A DNA stretch of 64,000 bases from an uncultured Poribacteria bacterium (GTDB lineage: Bacteria; Poribacteria; WGA-4E; WGA-3G): contig OX638351.1 in the NCBI GenBank assembly GCA_951813565.1, positions 2,208,001-2,272,000 of the forward strand, in the 5' to 3' direction. Positions 50,462 to 59,970 of this stretch are shown here, piece after piece. The notes beneath the pieces were generated by a model that saw nothing but the letters and a program-made list of their open reading frames with translations, was not told the DNA's origin and did no database searches. Positions within the stretch are counted from its first letter, which is position 1. Each line of letters opens with the position of its first letter. Position numbers and translations under genes: made by a program.

Positions 50462-51406
50462 ATGAAAATTTTGATTAACTCGGACATAACATCAGAACAA
50501 CAGCAACAGATAGAAGCAGTTTCTGACACGATAAATATTGTTAAACCTAAGAATTCTGCAGAAGCGCAACGCGAGATTGTAGATACCGACATTGTGTTTG
50601 GTGGATTTAACCGTGATCTTTTTGAAAACGCAAAGCAACTGAAGTGGGTACAAGTGTGGGCAGCTGGTGTTGATGGCATTCTGTTTCCAGAGTTTGTGGA
50701 TAGTGATGTCATTTTGACAAGTGCGAAAGGGTTTGTCGGAACACATCTGGCGGATCAAGCGTGGGCATTGATTCTTGGGCTGATTCGGGGTGTAGGTCGT
50801 TCGGCGCGGGAACGGACGTGGGATAATAAAATGTCAATCCGTTTGGCGACGTGGGAACTGGGTGAACGGACACTTGGGATTGTCGGTCTTGGCGGAACAG
50901 GGATTGAAGTTGCCCGTCGTGCACAGGGGTTTGAAATGCAGGTGATCGCTGTTGACCCTGAGGCTATTGACGCGCCAACTTTTGTCCATGAAATCTGGAA
51001 GATGGACAGATTTGATGATCTGCTTGCCCAGTCTGACATTGTATGTATCTGTGCGCCATTGACACCAGAAACAGAATGCATGTTTAATGATGCAGCGTTC
51101 CAAAAAATGCAATCGCACGCCTTACTTATCAACGTCACACGAGGCAAGATTGTTGATGGACCGGCACTCATCCGCGCCCTGAATGATGAACTGATAGGTG
51201 GTGCAGGGTTGGATGTCACACCTGTAGAACCACTTCCTGCCGATAGTCCATTGTGGGATATGCCGAATGTGATTATTACGCCCCACGTTGCTGGCGGTTC
51301 ACCGATTCGGATGGATCGGACAGTTGCGTTATTTTGTGATAATTTGGAGCGATTTCTCGTTGATAAACCGCTTCTCAGTGTGATTGATAAGCGGAAAGGG
51401 TATTAG
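50462..51406 (+). CDS. D-2-hydroxyacid dehydrogenase
   Basis: 'GIVGLGGTG', 'INVTRGKIVD', 'LDVTPVEPLP', 'TPHVAG'. Confidence 0.92.
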   Translation: MKILINSDITSEQQQQIEAVSDTINIVKPKNSAEAQREIVDTDIVFGGFNRDLFENAKQLKWVQVWAAGVDGILFPEFVDSDVILTSAKGFVGTHLADQAWALILGLIRGVGRSARERTWDNKMSIRLATWELGERTLGIVGLGGTGIEVARRAQGFEMQVIAVDPEAIDAPTFVHEIWKMDRFDDLLAQSDIVCICAPLTPETECMFNDAAFQKMQSHALLINVTRGKIVDGPALIRALNDELIGGAGLDVTPVEPLPADSPLWDMPNVIITPHVAGGSPIRMDRTVALFCDNLERFLVDKPLLSVIDKRKGY

Positions 51407-51431
51407 GATTGTATATTTCGAGTTGCATGAA

Positions 51432-51791
51432 TTAGCGTCTTGTCAAGTTCTTGATTTCACCCCAAGTTACAGCCATCTTATTTGATGGATGCACTGCCAA
51501 TGAATCTTCAACCCAACGAGGTCGCGATGGTAAATTATCTTGAGAAGTAATTAAAGGGCGAACTTTTTTAGACGCAAACGAGAAAATGTAAAGTCCATAG
51601 TCATTACCGAACTCCTTTGAAGCGGAGAAGACGAGATATTGTCCATTCGGAGACCAATCCACTTGAAAAAGAAGCTTAAACTCTCCCTTGTCAACAACTC
51701 TTCTGCGGTTAGTGCCACCTATATTGGCAACATATACACCTTGTGTAGCTGAAGTATAAGCAATTTCTTTACCACTCGGCGAAAAACTATA
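51432..51791 (-). pseudogene. 3' remnant of a TolB-like (PD40) protein
   Basis: Reads YSFSPSGKEIAY...VDWSPNGQYLVFS...VHPSNKMAVTWGEIK, and is interrupted at IS1595. Confidence 0.7.
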
Positions 51792-53199
51792 CGCAATAAG
51801 TAGTTTTGGACTTGCAAAAAGCCCTTAAGCGTTATGGAAATTTATACTTAATAGGGTATGAGAATTCGGAAAAGCACTAAACGGCGAAGACTAATTTCTA
51901 ACTCTAATCTGTGAGAACTTCTGCCCCTCCAACTCACATCGGTATAAAAGTTGAGCGCGCTTGATAGATACTTTGCAACGGCAGACAATTCTTCTAATCG
52001 TTTTGCCGTTGTGATATTAGTGTGGTCCAGCTTGTCAAGACCTTATTCTTTAAGTTCTTCTGCCATCGTTGAGTGAGTCTTCATCTCATACTCTCATTGA
52101 CAAACTTATCAAAAATGCTCTCAATGCTCCTATAGTTGTATTTATAGCACGCCTCTGCGACATATAGGGGCGTGTATTCAGTCCAATAGTGGTGATGACT
52201 TCCATACCAAGCACGTTTGAGAAGTGACCAGAAGCCTTCAATCGTATTGGTATGGACATCACCGTCAACAAATTGTTCTTGATGATCAATGATATGGTGC
52301 TTCATCTCTTTACCGAGTGTGAGATAAGCTTTATACTCATCAGTCATCAACTGCGATTTATCTACTTTAACAACTTCGCGAATAAAATTTAAGATAGTCC
52401 GTCCCGTCAAATCTTTTGCGAGTCTTGCCACAACTTTCCCACCGCGTTCAATCGCTCCGATGATAGCATCTTTATCAGTGCCACGCCCACGCTTAGCAGG
52501 ATCCCTGTCCTCTTTTTTGTTCGCTTTGCGAGGTTTACCCCCGACATAAGTTTCGTCAGCCTCTATGATACCTTGTAAGAGGATATTATCTTTAGCCATT
52601 TCAGCACGGATACATGTTCCCATACGCCACGCAGTCTTTTGATCCAAGTCCAAATCTCTTGCCAACTGATGACTTGAAAGACTCTTTTTAGCATTCGTCA
52701 TCAACGAGATAGCCAAAAACCACTTCTGAAGTGCTATCTTTGTCCCGTGAAACACCGTGCCACAAGTAACCTTGAAAGTAGCAGTGCAATCGTGGCATTG
52801 CAAGCGTCCGATGCGTCCCAATTCCGTTTCTGTTCGTCTTGCAACGTTTGGGCAATCACAATGTGGACACTTCGGTTTACCCTTCCACCGAATACTCTCT
52901 AAATGTTCAATACAACTCTCTTGATCAGGGAATCGTTCCATCACTTTCAACAAATCCATCAGAAAACTCCTTTTTAGGAGTTGCTTTTTCTGACAGGTTT
53001 CTGATACAATAACTAGATAAGACAGAATGCCAGAAAAGCAACTCGCTTTTTTGTGTTCAATTAGGGGGTTAACAGCCCTCTAATTTCTTATCTAAATTGT
53101 ATCATATTTTCACAATTAAAACAAGCGAAAAATGTAGTCTACACAAGGATTTAGAGCGATTTTTAAAATTTTGTTGCAAGTCCAAAACTACTTATTGCG
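51792..53199 (-). mobile_element. IS1595-family element
   Basis: 26-bp perfect inverted repeats cgcaataagtagttttggacttgcaa; 8-bp flanks aaactata / aaactgta. Confidence 0.9.
52081..52959 (-). CDS. IS1595 transposase
   Basis: Zn ribbon CPHC..CHDC, 'EADETYVGG', 'TDEYKAY', 'HTNTIEGFWSLLKR'. Confidence 0.93.
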   Translation of the reverse strand: MDLLKVMERFPDQESCIEHLESIRWKGKPKCPHCDCPNVARRTETELGRIGRLQCHDCTATFKVTCGTVFHGTKIALQKWFLAISLMTNAKKSLSSHQLARDLDLDQKTAWRMGTCIRAEMAKDNILLQGIIEADETYVGGKPRKANKKEDRDPAKRGRGTDKDAIIGAIERGGKVVARLAKDLTGRTILNFIREVVKVDKSQLMTDEYKAYLTLGKEMKHHIIDHQEQFVDGDVHTNTIEGFWSLLKRAWYGSHHHYWTEYTPLYVAEACYKYNYRSIESIFDKFVNESMR

Positions 53200-53491
53200 A
53201 AACTGTATTATAGTAAATTATGTAAATAAGTTCACATATATTCTGTAGGAGCGATCTCCGAATCGCGACGAAACCACTGGTAGTCGGGAATCGGAGTTCC
53301 CTCGGACAGCTCATACCAAATTACCCTAAATCGTAGGGGCGGGTCTCTGTGCCCGCCCTTACCATCGGCAATGAAAACAATGCAATTCTCGTTAATTTGG
53401 TATCAGATGTCCAGTTAATTGTAGAATCCACTATAATATGTGCTTTTTAGCGACAGCCGATTACCGTTGAATTATGTTCGAAAGGAGAAAC

Positions 53492-54409
53492 ATGGCAAAC
53501 AGTATTGAAAAAGTTGATCCGCAAACAACAAAACTTGGATGGATTGGTACCGGGGTGATGGGACGTTGGATGTGTCACCATCTTATGGACCTTGGATACG
53601 GTATGACTGTCTATAACCGCACCAAATCGAAGGCGGAACCTCTAATTGATGCAGGTGCAGCATGGGCAGATTCACCCAGCGAAGTCGCAGCTGCTTCGGA
53701 TGTGATCTTTACCATCGTAGGGTTCCCACCGGATGTCCGAGAGGTATATCTTGGTGATAACGGTATTCTGAACGGAGCAAAAGCTGGCAGCATTGTTGTT
53801 GATATGACGACAACTGAACCTTCTCTCGCACAAGAGATTTACGCCGAGGCTAAAGAAAAAAATGTTGCCTCTGTGGATGCACCTGTTTCAGGTGGGGATG
53901 TCGGTGCACGGGAAGCGCGACTCTCTATTATGGTAGGCGGAGACGAAGCTGCTGTGGAAGCAGTTATGCCGCTTTTCTCTGCTATGGGCAAAAACATTGT
54001 TCACCAAGGTGGTGCTGGGGCAGGACAACACACTAAAATGTGTAACCAAATCACTATCTCTGGCACGATGATTGGTGTTTGTGAAGGTCTAATCTATGGT
54101 CACAAAGCGGGTTTAGATCTGGAAACGATGCTATCTTCAATTAGTGGGGGTGCAGCTGCCTGCTGGTCGTTGGATAATTTAGCACCGCGGGTTCTCAAAC
54201 GTGACTTTGACCCAGGGTTCTTTGTAGAACATTTCATCAAAGACATGAGCATCGCTCTGGACGAAGCGAGAAAAATGAATCTGAGTCTGCCAGGACTCGC
54301 ACTAGTGCATCAGCTTTATACTGCTGTGCAAGCACAAGGACACGGACGTTTAGGCACGCAAGCTTTGTTGTTAGCATTAGAGCAGATGTCCGGGACAGAA
54401 GTAGGTTAA
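53492..54409 (+). CDS. NAD(P)-dependent 3-hydroxyisobutyrate/tartronate-semialdehyde reductase family protein
   Basis: 'GWIGTGVMG', '[11 protein letters not shown]', '[11 protein letters not shown]'; AGGAG RBS. Confidence 0.9.
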   Translation: MANSIEKVDPQTTKLGWIGTGVMGRWMCHHLMDLGYGMTVYNRTKSKAEPLIDAGAAWADSPSEVAAASDVIFTIVGFPPDVREVYLGDNGILNGAKAGSIVVDMTTTEPSLAQEIYAEAKEKNVASVDAPVSGGDVGAREARLSIMVGGDEAAVEAVMPLFSAMGKNIVHQGGAGAGQHTKMCNQITISGTMIGVCEGLIYGHKAGLDLETMLSSISGGAAACWSLDNLAPRVLKRDFDPGFFVEHFIKDMSIALDEARKMNLSLPGLALVHQLYTAVQAQGHGRLGTQALLLALEQMSGTEVG

Positions 54410-54519
54410 TCAGACCATGCTGCCTGATGGTCTTCGGCAGTTGGCATTCGTTTTTTAGAAGAGGTTACATCTCTTTCCGATAAGCGAGTGTCAGCTGCCG
54501 AAAACTTTAAAACGGTTCT

Positions 54520-55623
54520 TTAGGATCCTAAACGCATCGGTGCTATAAAACATATATGTCCATCATCACCCATAGGTTTAACGATCAAAAAATTAAATTC
54601 TCCTGAAAACTCAAGAATGAGAGATTCCGTTTCAATATGTGCAAAAATCTCTGTTAGCCTATGTGCATCCAAACCGATCCTTACACTTCCTGTGCCGGAT
54701 TCCACAGCGACAGTTTCATGTGCCTCACCAAGTTCAGGTGTCTGGGCAGAAATCCGAATCTGTTCTGGATCTATTTCTAAACTGATCGCATAATTTTTCG
54801 GATTTGACAGTAAAGCGACGCGCCGCGTTGCACGTAAAATCGCCTCCCTTGATACAACTACACGGTTCTCAGAAGATTCCTGAAAGACCTTTTGATATTC
54901 CGGATAATCACCCTCTATCAAACGTGTCGTTAAGGTAGCATTATCATCAGTCAAAAGTAGTTGATTCTTGAGAAGTGAAATTTTTACCTCAGGGGAATCA
55001 GCAAAGGTGCGTGCAATCTCTTTTACAGCCTTCAACGGAACAATGAATCCGCTGCCATCTTCAGAGGCTTTGAGGGGTGAACAATGTACCAACGCAAGTT
55101 GATGCATATCGGTCGCAACCACTTCAGTTCTATCTTCAAGAAGGTTGAAAAAGAGTCCGTTAAGCTGGTACCTGAACTCCTCTGTAGATGCCGCAAATTC
55201 TGCTTTATGGATAACAGCACATAGTGCTTCCCCATCAATAGTTGTCCCCTCTCCATCGGCAGATGGTAGTTGTGGGAAATCTTCATCGGAAAGACCGATA
55301 ATCTTATAAACACCATCTCCGCAAGTGAGTTCAACGCGGTCATTGGCAGTCGTAACGAGGTTTATCGGTGTATTTCCAGGTAATTCTCTGACGATGTCTG
55401 TCAATTTTTTCGCTGAGACCGTAATTGTTCCTTCTTCTTGGATAGTACCAACTACCTTGATTTTAATGCCAACTTCTAAATCGGTAGCTGCTAATTCTAT
55501 GTTTCCGTTTTCAGCACGAATGAGGACGTTTGAAAGAATAGGCAAGGTGTTACGCCCACTTGCCACACCTTGCACAATTTGAAGAGCATATAAAAGATCG
55601 TCTTTTTCAAAAACAAGTTCCAT
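54520..55623 (-). CDS. dnaN: DNA polymerase III beta sliding clamp paralog A
   Basis: 'TLPILSNVLI', 'ATDLEVGI', 'DFPQLP', 'RYQLNG', C-terminal 'PMRL'; GGAG RBS before ATG 55623. Confidence 0.9.
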   Translation of the reverse strand: MELVFEKDDLLYALQIVQGVASGRNTLPILSNVLIRAENGNIELAATDLEVGIKIKVVGTIQEEGTITVSAKKLTDIVRELPGNTPINLVTTANDRVELTCGDGVYKIIGLSDEDFPQLPSADGEGTTIDGEALCAVIHKAEFAASTEEFRYQLNGLFFNLLEDRTEVVATDMHQLALVHCSPLKASEDGSGFIVPLKAVKEIARTFADSPEVKISLLKNQLLLTDDNATLTTRLIEGDYPEYQKVFQESSENRVVVSREAILRATRRVALLSNPKNYAISLEIDPEQIRISAQTPELGEAHETVAVESGTGSVRIGLDAHRLTEIFAHIETESLILEFSGEFNFLIVKPMGDDGHICFIAPMRLGS

Positions 55624-55801
55624 ATCAAGATCTCCTATTTTATAGTAGATTTTAGAATTACGTAGACATCTTGCACCAACGAGGTGAATAAACGCTGAAT
55701 ATACGTATGCCATTTGGTGTGGTTGAGAACGTGAAACCCAACACTTTTCTATCCAACCTACAATTATACTGAAATTCTTTTATCAAACTCACGTTAGGAT
55801 T

Positions 55802-56917
55802 TTAGTGAGGAGCGGATGCTAAACGCATTGGTGCTATGAAACACATATGTTCATCATCACCTATAGGTTTTATAGTAAGAAAACTAAACTCTCCCGAAAA
55901 CTCAAGTATTAGAGATTCTGTTTCAATATGTGCAAAAATCTCTGTTAGCCTATGAGCATCTAAGCCCATCCGAACATTTCCAGTACTAGATTCCACAGCG
56001 ACAGTTTCATGTGCCTCACCAAGTTCAGGTGTTTCGGTTGAAATTCTAATTTGTTCGGGATTTATCTCTAAACTGATCGCAAAACTCTTCGGATTTGAAA
56101 GTAAAGCGACCCGCCGCGTTGCACGTAAAATCGCCTCTTTTGATACAATCGCACGTCCCTCATAAGACTCCGGAATGAGTGATTGGTAGCGCATATCATA
56201 TTCACCTTCAACTAAACGTGCCATCAACGTGGCGTTGTCATCAGCAAAAAGAATTTGATTCTTGAGAAGTAGAATCTTAACCTCAGAGGAATTGGCGAAG
56301 GTCCGAGCAATCTCTTTGACAGCCTTCAACGGTACAATAAACCCGCTAACATCATCAGATGTTTTAAGGATAGGTCCGTGCGCTAAGGCGAGGTAATGCG
56401 AATCCATTGCAACCACTTCAGTTCTATTTTCAAGAAGGTTAAAAAAGAGACCGTTAAGCAGATATCGGAACTCCTCTGTAGATGCTGCAAATTCTGTCTT
56501 GCGGATAACAGAACACAAGGTTTCACCATCAATCGTTACACCTTCTCCATCAGCAGATGGCAGTTGTGGAAAATCTTCATCGGAAAGACCGATAATCTTA
56601 TAAACACCATCTCCGCAAGTGATTTCAACACGGTAATTGGCAGTCGTAACGAGGTTTATCGGTGTATTTCCAGGTAATTCTCTGACGATGTCTGTCAATT
56701 TTTTCGCAGAAACCGTGATAGTGCCTTCTTCTTGGATAGTACCAACAACTTTAAATCTAATACCAACTTCCAAATCGGTCGTTGCAAATTCAATGTTTCC
56801 ATTTTCGGCGCGAATGAGGACGTTTGCGAGAATAGGCAAGGTATTACGCCCACTTGCCACACCTTGAACTGTCTGTAGAGCATGTAAAAGTTCATCTTTT
56901 TCAAAAGAAAGTTCCAT
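55802..56917 (-). CDS. dnaN: DNA polymerase III beta sliding clamp paralog B
   Basis: Same motifs; closely similar to paralog A. Confidence 0.9.
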   Translation of the reverse strand: MELSFEKDELLHALQTVQGVASGRNTLPILANVLIRAENGNIEFATTDLEVGIRFKVVGTIQEEGTITVSAKKLTDIVRELPGNTPINLVTTANYRVEITCGDGVYKIIGLSDEDFPQLPSADGEGVTIDGETLCSVIRKTEFAASTEEFRYLLNGLFFNLLENRTEVVAMDSHYLALAHGPILKTSDDVSGFIVPLKAVKEIARTFANSSEVKILLLKNQILFADDNATLMARLVEGEYDMRYQSLIPESYEGRAIVSKEAILRATRRVALLSNPKSFAISLEINPEQIRISTETPELGEAHETVAVESSTGNVRMGLDAHRLTEIFAHIETESLILEFSGEFSFLTIKPIGDDEHMCFIAPMRLASAPH

Positions 56918-57570
56918 ACCAAGTGCTCCTATTCATTTTGTATTATAGTAAAATCCCAAAATATGTTCACATTTCAATGAATCACAATCCCCACACACTC
57001 GCGCTAGCCAGGTTTCCTAACCTCGCCAATGTCCAGGTAATTATGGATTTCACTATAAGTATTTGATAGTAATACCTGTAATTATTGGGCTCCATTGAGC
57101 GCGTGCTTACTATTTTAGATTTGACTATAAAACGAATCACTCTGATTTACCAGGGTTATTTAGTTCTCTATATTTCTGACGCATTTTATCACATGCGTTA
57201 ATTTTTTATAATAGTATCGTCCGTTGGGTAGAGCGGAGCGAAACCCATAAGCGTCAACTTAAGAAAAAAATGTTGGGTTTTCTCTTGTGGGAAGGCTTTC
57301 TAAGCCCGATTTTGTGAGACCCAAGCCGTTAAATCGGGGTTGAAAACCCGACAAATGCCAAAAAGCGCATTTGGCGTTGATTTGGCAGCATGCCAAAAGC
57401 GCATGCTGCGTTGATTCACTCCCACAAGAAAGATTGGACGCTAAATTGACACCTATGGGTAGAGCGGAGCGAAACCCAACATTTGCACATACGTGTTGGG
57501 TTTCGCTCCGCTCTACCCAACGGACAATATAAACTTTCAGTAACACGCATCAACTGATAATTCTTAAAAC

Positions 57571-57847
57571 TATAGTGAACTTTGAAATTATTGGGACACT
57601 TTGATAAACTTGTCTTGGAAAGATAATGGACAATAGAAGTTGTAGCACAAACTTTTAGTTTGTGCCTTATGAGACGCAAACTAAATGAAGATTAATTTAT
57701 TAATTCGGTAATTTTGGAGAAAGATCCAGTGCGGTTGGGAAACCGCACCTACCGGGTTTGGGAAAAATTAGAATTACCGAAATATTTTCTTAATCTTCAT
57801 AAAGTTTGCGCTACAGAAGTGTCCCATTAATTATAGGCTTTACTATA
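57571..57847. mobile_element. TA-flanked MITE with nested REP doublet and inner inverted-repeat element
   Basis: Ends match 893-1004 inverted. Inner element bounded by atgaagattaa / ttaatcttcat (about 57685-57800). Confidence 0.75.
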
Positions 57848-57867
57848 AATAGCCCTGCTGATTTACC

Positions 57868-57896
57868 TTGACAGATATTTGATTGTTTAGTATAAC
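57868..57896 (+). promoter_or_regulatory. sigma70-type promoter TTGACA-N17-TATAAC
   Basis: Near-consensus, about 60 bp upstream of 57959. Confidence 0.6.
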
Positions 57897-57958
57897 ATAC
57901 TATAGAAAATATATCCATTCAATTTTCGCATCTAAGTTCTACAGTTTCAACAGAAACT

Positions 57959-59923
57959 GTGTCAGCATTTAAAACTTACCCTCCTACAAGAATGCATCAA
58001 ACAAACTTACAACCTTCGCGCGCGATTAAAAAACGGGCAGTGTTAATTGGAACTGTCTTGATCACTGCTAACAGTTACTGGATAGCTTATGTTGAAATGA
58101 TTTGGCACACTGCCCATCTGACAACAGTCGCTATGTCTGTTAACGTCATGTTTGGCATCTTCGTTATCACGATGCTAAACATGTGGGTTCGTAGTTTTGC
58201 GCCAAGTGCTGCACTTACACAGCGTGACTTAATTGTCGTTTACAGTATGCTTGCGGTTGGCAGCGCGTTTTCAGGACACGATTGTATGCCACGTCTGATG
58301 GGGCTTATTCCGTATGCTTTTCGTTTTGCTACTCCTGAAAATGATTGGGAAGCACTACTTTTTCATCACCTCCCAGAATGGCTCGTTGTCAAACATCCGA
58401 AAACAGTCAATGACTTTTATGAAGGTAACGTCAACTTCTTTACTGAAGGTTACGTGCAATATTGGATTGTTCCGATTCTTGCTTGGTCTGCTGTGATTTT
58501 TTTGTTGATGTTGATCTTTCTCTGTTTGACTTCTTTAATTCGCAAACAGTGGATAGAAAACGAAAAACTCGCGTACCCGATTATTCAGATTCCACTTGAA
58601 ATTACCACGAACAGTCGTATTTTCAGAAGTCGCCTGCTTTGGATAGGCTTTGGTATAGCAATGGGAATAAATTTACTTAACGGGTTACATTTTTTCTTTC
58701 CCATATTACCGGAAATTCCCGTCAGAAAATACAACCTTAATATGTACTTCACGCAGAAACCATGGAACGCGATGGGTAGCACGCCACTTCGGTTTCATCC
58801 TTACCTTATAGGTTTCTCGTTTATTCTGCCATTGGATTTAGCGTTTTCGTGTACATTCTTCTATTTAATGAAAAAAGTGCAGTTATTATTCGGAAGCGCG
58901 ACCGGGGTATCAAAGTTACAGGGATACCCATTTTTAGGAGAGCAGGGAGCAGGAGCGTTGTTAGCACTACTCGCTATAGCGTGTTGGCATGGACGAAAGC
59001 ATTTTGCCGTGGTGTTATCACAAGCAATTCGACCAAACCGTGCCATGGCAAAACTTGAAGCAATTTCTTATCGCACAACTTTGATTACATTAGCTTTATC
59101 GCTGTTTTTGCTTGCGGTTTTCTGTATTCAGGGTGGTATGTCGTTATGGGCTTTTTCAGTTTTCATCGGTATTTATCTGCTAATTGTTGTCGGTCTAACC
59201 CGTATGCGCGCAGAACTCGGTCCACCGATACACGCAATTGGTTATTTAACGCCACAATACATGATGATTTCGCTTCTTGGCACGCGTAGACTACGAGCAG
59301 GCAATCTCACAATGCTCTCGCTGATGAATTGGCTCAGCGGGGCAAGTTACGCTTCATTTCGTACGCATCCTATGCCTGATCAGCTTGAGGCGTTTAAACT
59401 TGCTGAACGGACTGGTGTTCGAAACAGAACGATGTTTATTGTGTTAGTTATCGCAAGCCTCGTCGGTATTTTGTCCAGTCTAATTCTCTATCCTTATGCA
59501 ATTTATCGGGAAGGTGTGGCTGCAGGTTCTGAGCAGATTCATGCGGGTGGAGCTGATACCTATAATTTTTTGTCATCGTGGTTAGTCAATCCGAAACCGA
59601 TGGATTGGTTAGCAACGACTGTGCTTGGGGGAACGTTTGCTGCGAATTTAGGTATCATGTTTCTCCGATCCCGTTTTGTGTGGTGTCCACTCCATCCGGC
59701 AGGATATGTTATCGGTGTTGCGCCTGGAACAACCGATGTTATTTGGTTTCCGCTGCTAATAGCAATGGTAACGAAATGGGTTGTCTTACGGAATGGCGGC
59801 ATAAAGGCATATCGAAGGGCAATACCGTTTTTCATTGGGTTGGTTTTAGGAGAAGCGTTGATGGGATGTTTCTGGCCCCTGCTGAGTTTAATTTTGCGGT
59901 CCGCGGTGTATAGTTGGATTTAA
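57959..59923 (+). CDS. Polytopic membrane protein, DUF6785/DUF6784-like putative transporter
   Basis: Many TM helices, 'RKQWIENEKLAYPIIQIP', 'TRMRAELGPP', 'WCPLHPAGY', 'PFFIGLVLGE'. Confidence 0.7.
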   Translation: MSAFKTYPPTRMHQTNLQPSRAIKKRAVLIGTVLITANSYWIAYVEMIWHTAHLTTVAMSVNVMFGIFVITMLNMWVRSFAPSAALTQRDLIVVYSMLAVGSAFSGHDCMPRLMGLIPYAFRFATPENDWEALLFHHLPEWLVVKHPKTVNDFYEGNVNFFTEGYVQYWIVPILAWSAVIFLLMLIFLCLTSLIRKQWIENEKLAYPIIQIPLEITTNSRIFRSRLLWIGFGIAMGINLLNGLHFFFPILPEIPVRKYNLNMYFTQKPWNAMGSTPLRFHPYLIGFSFILPLDLAFSCTFFYLMKKVQLLFGSATGVSKLQGYPFLGEQGAGALLALLAIACWHGRKHFAVVLSQAIRPNRAMAKLEAISYRTTLITLALSLFLLAVFCIQGGMSLWAFSVFIGIYLLIVVGLTRMRAELGPPIHAIGYLTPQYMMISLLGTRRLRAGNLTMLSLMNWLSGASYASFRTHPMPDQLEAFKLAERTGVRNRTMFIVLVIASLVGILSSLILYPYAIYREGVAAGSEQIHAGGADTYNFLSSWLVNPKPMDWLATTVLGGTFAANLGIMFLRSRFVWCPLHPAGYVIGVAPGTTDVIWFPLLIAMVTKWVVLRNGGIKAYRRAIPFFIGLVLGEALMGCFWPLLSLILRSAVYSWI

Positions 59924-59970
59924 TTCTATTTTCAAGATTGCCATTTTGTTAAGGCTTTGGTATTATATTA

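Noticed and set aside
55624..55713. 30-aa N-terminal extension of dnaN paralog A
   Set aside because: Homology to paralog B and the RBS place the start at 55623; the extension lies in repeat DNA.
56918..57958. Replication origin next to dnaN
   Set aside because: No dnaA and no DnaA-box cluster seen; the AT-rich region is explained by nested MITEs and REPs.
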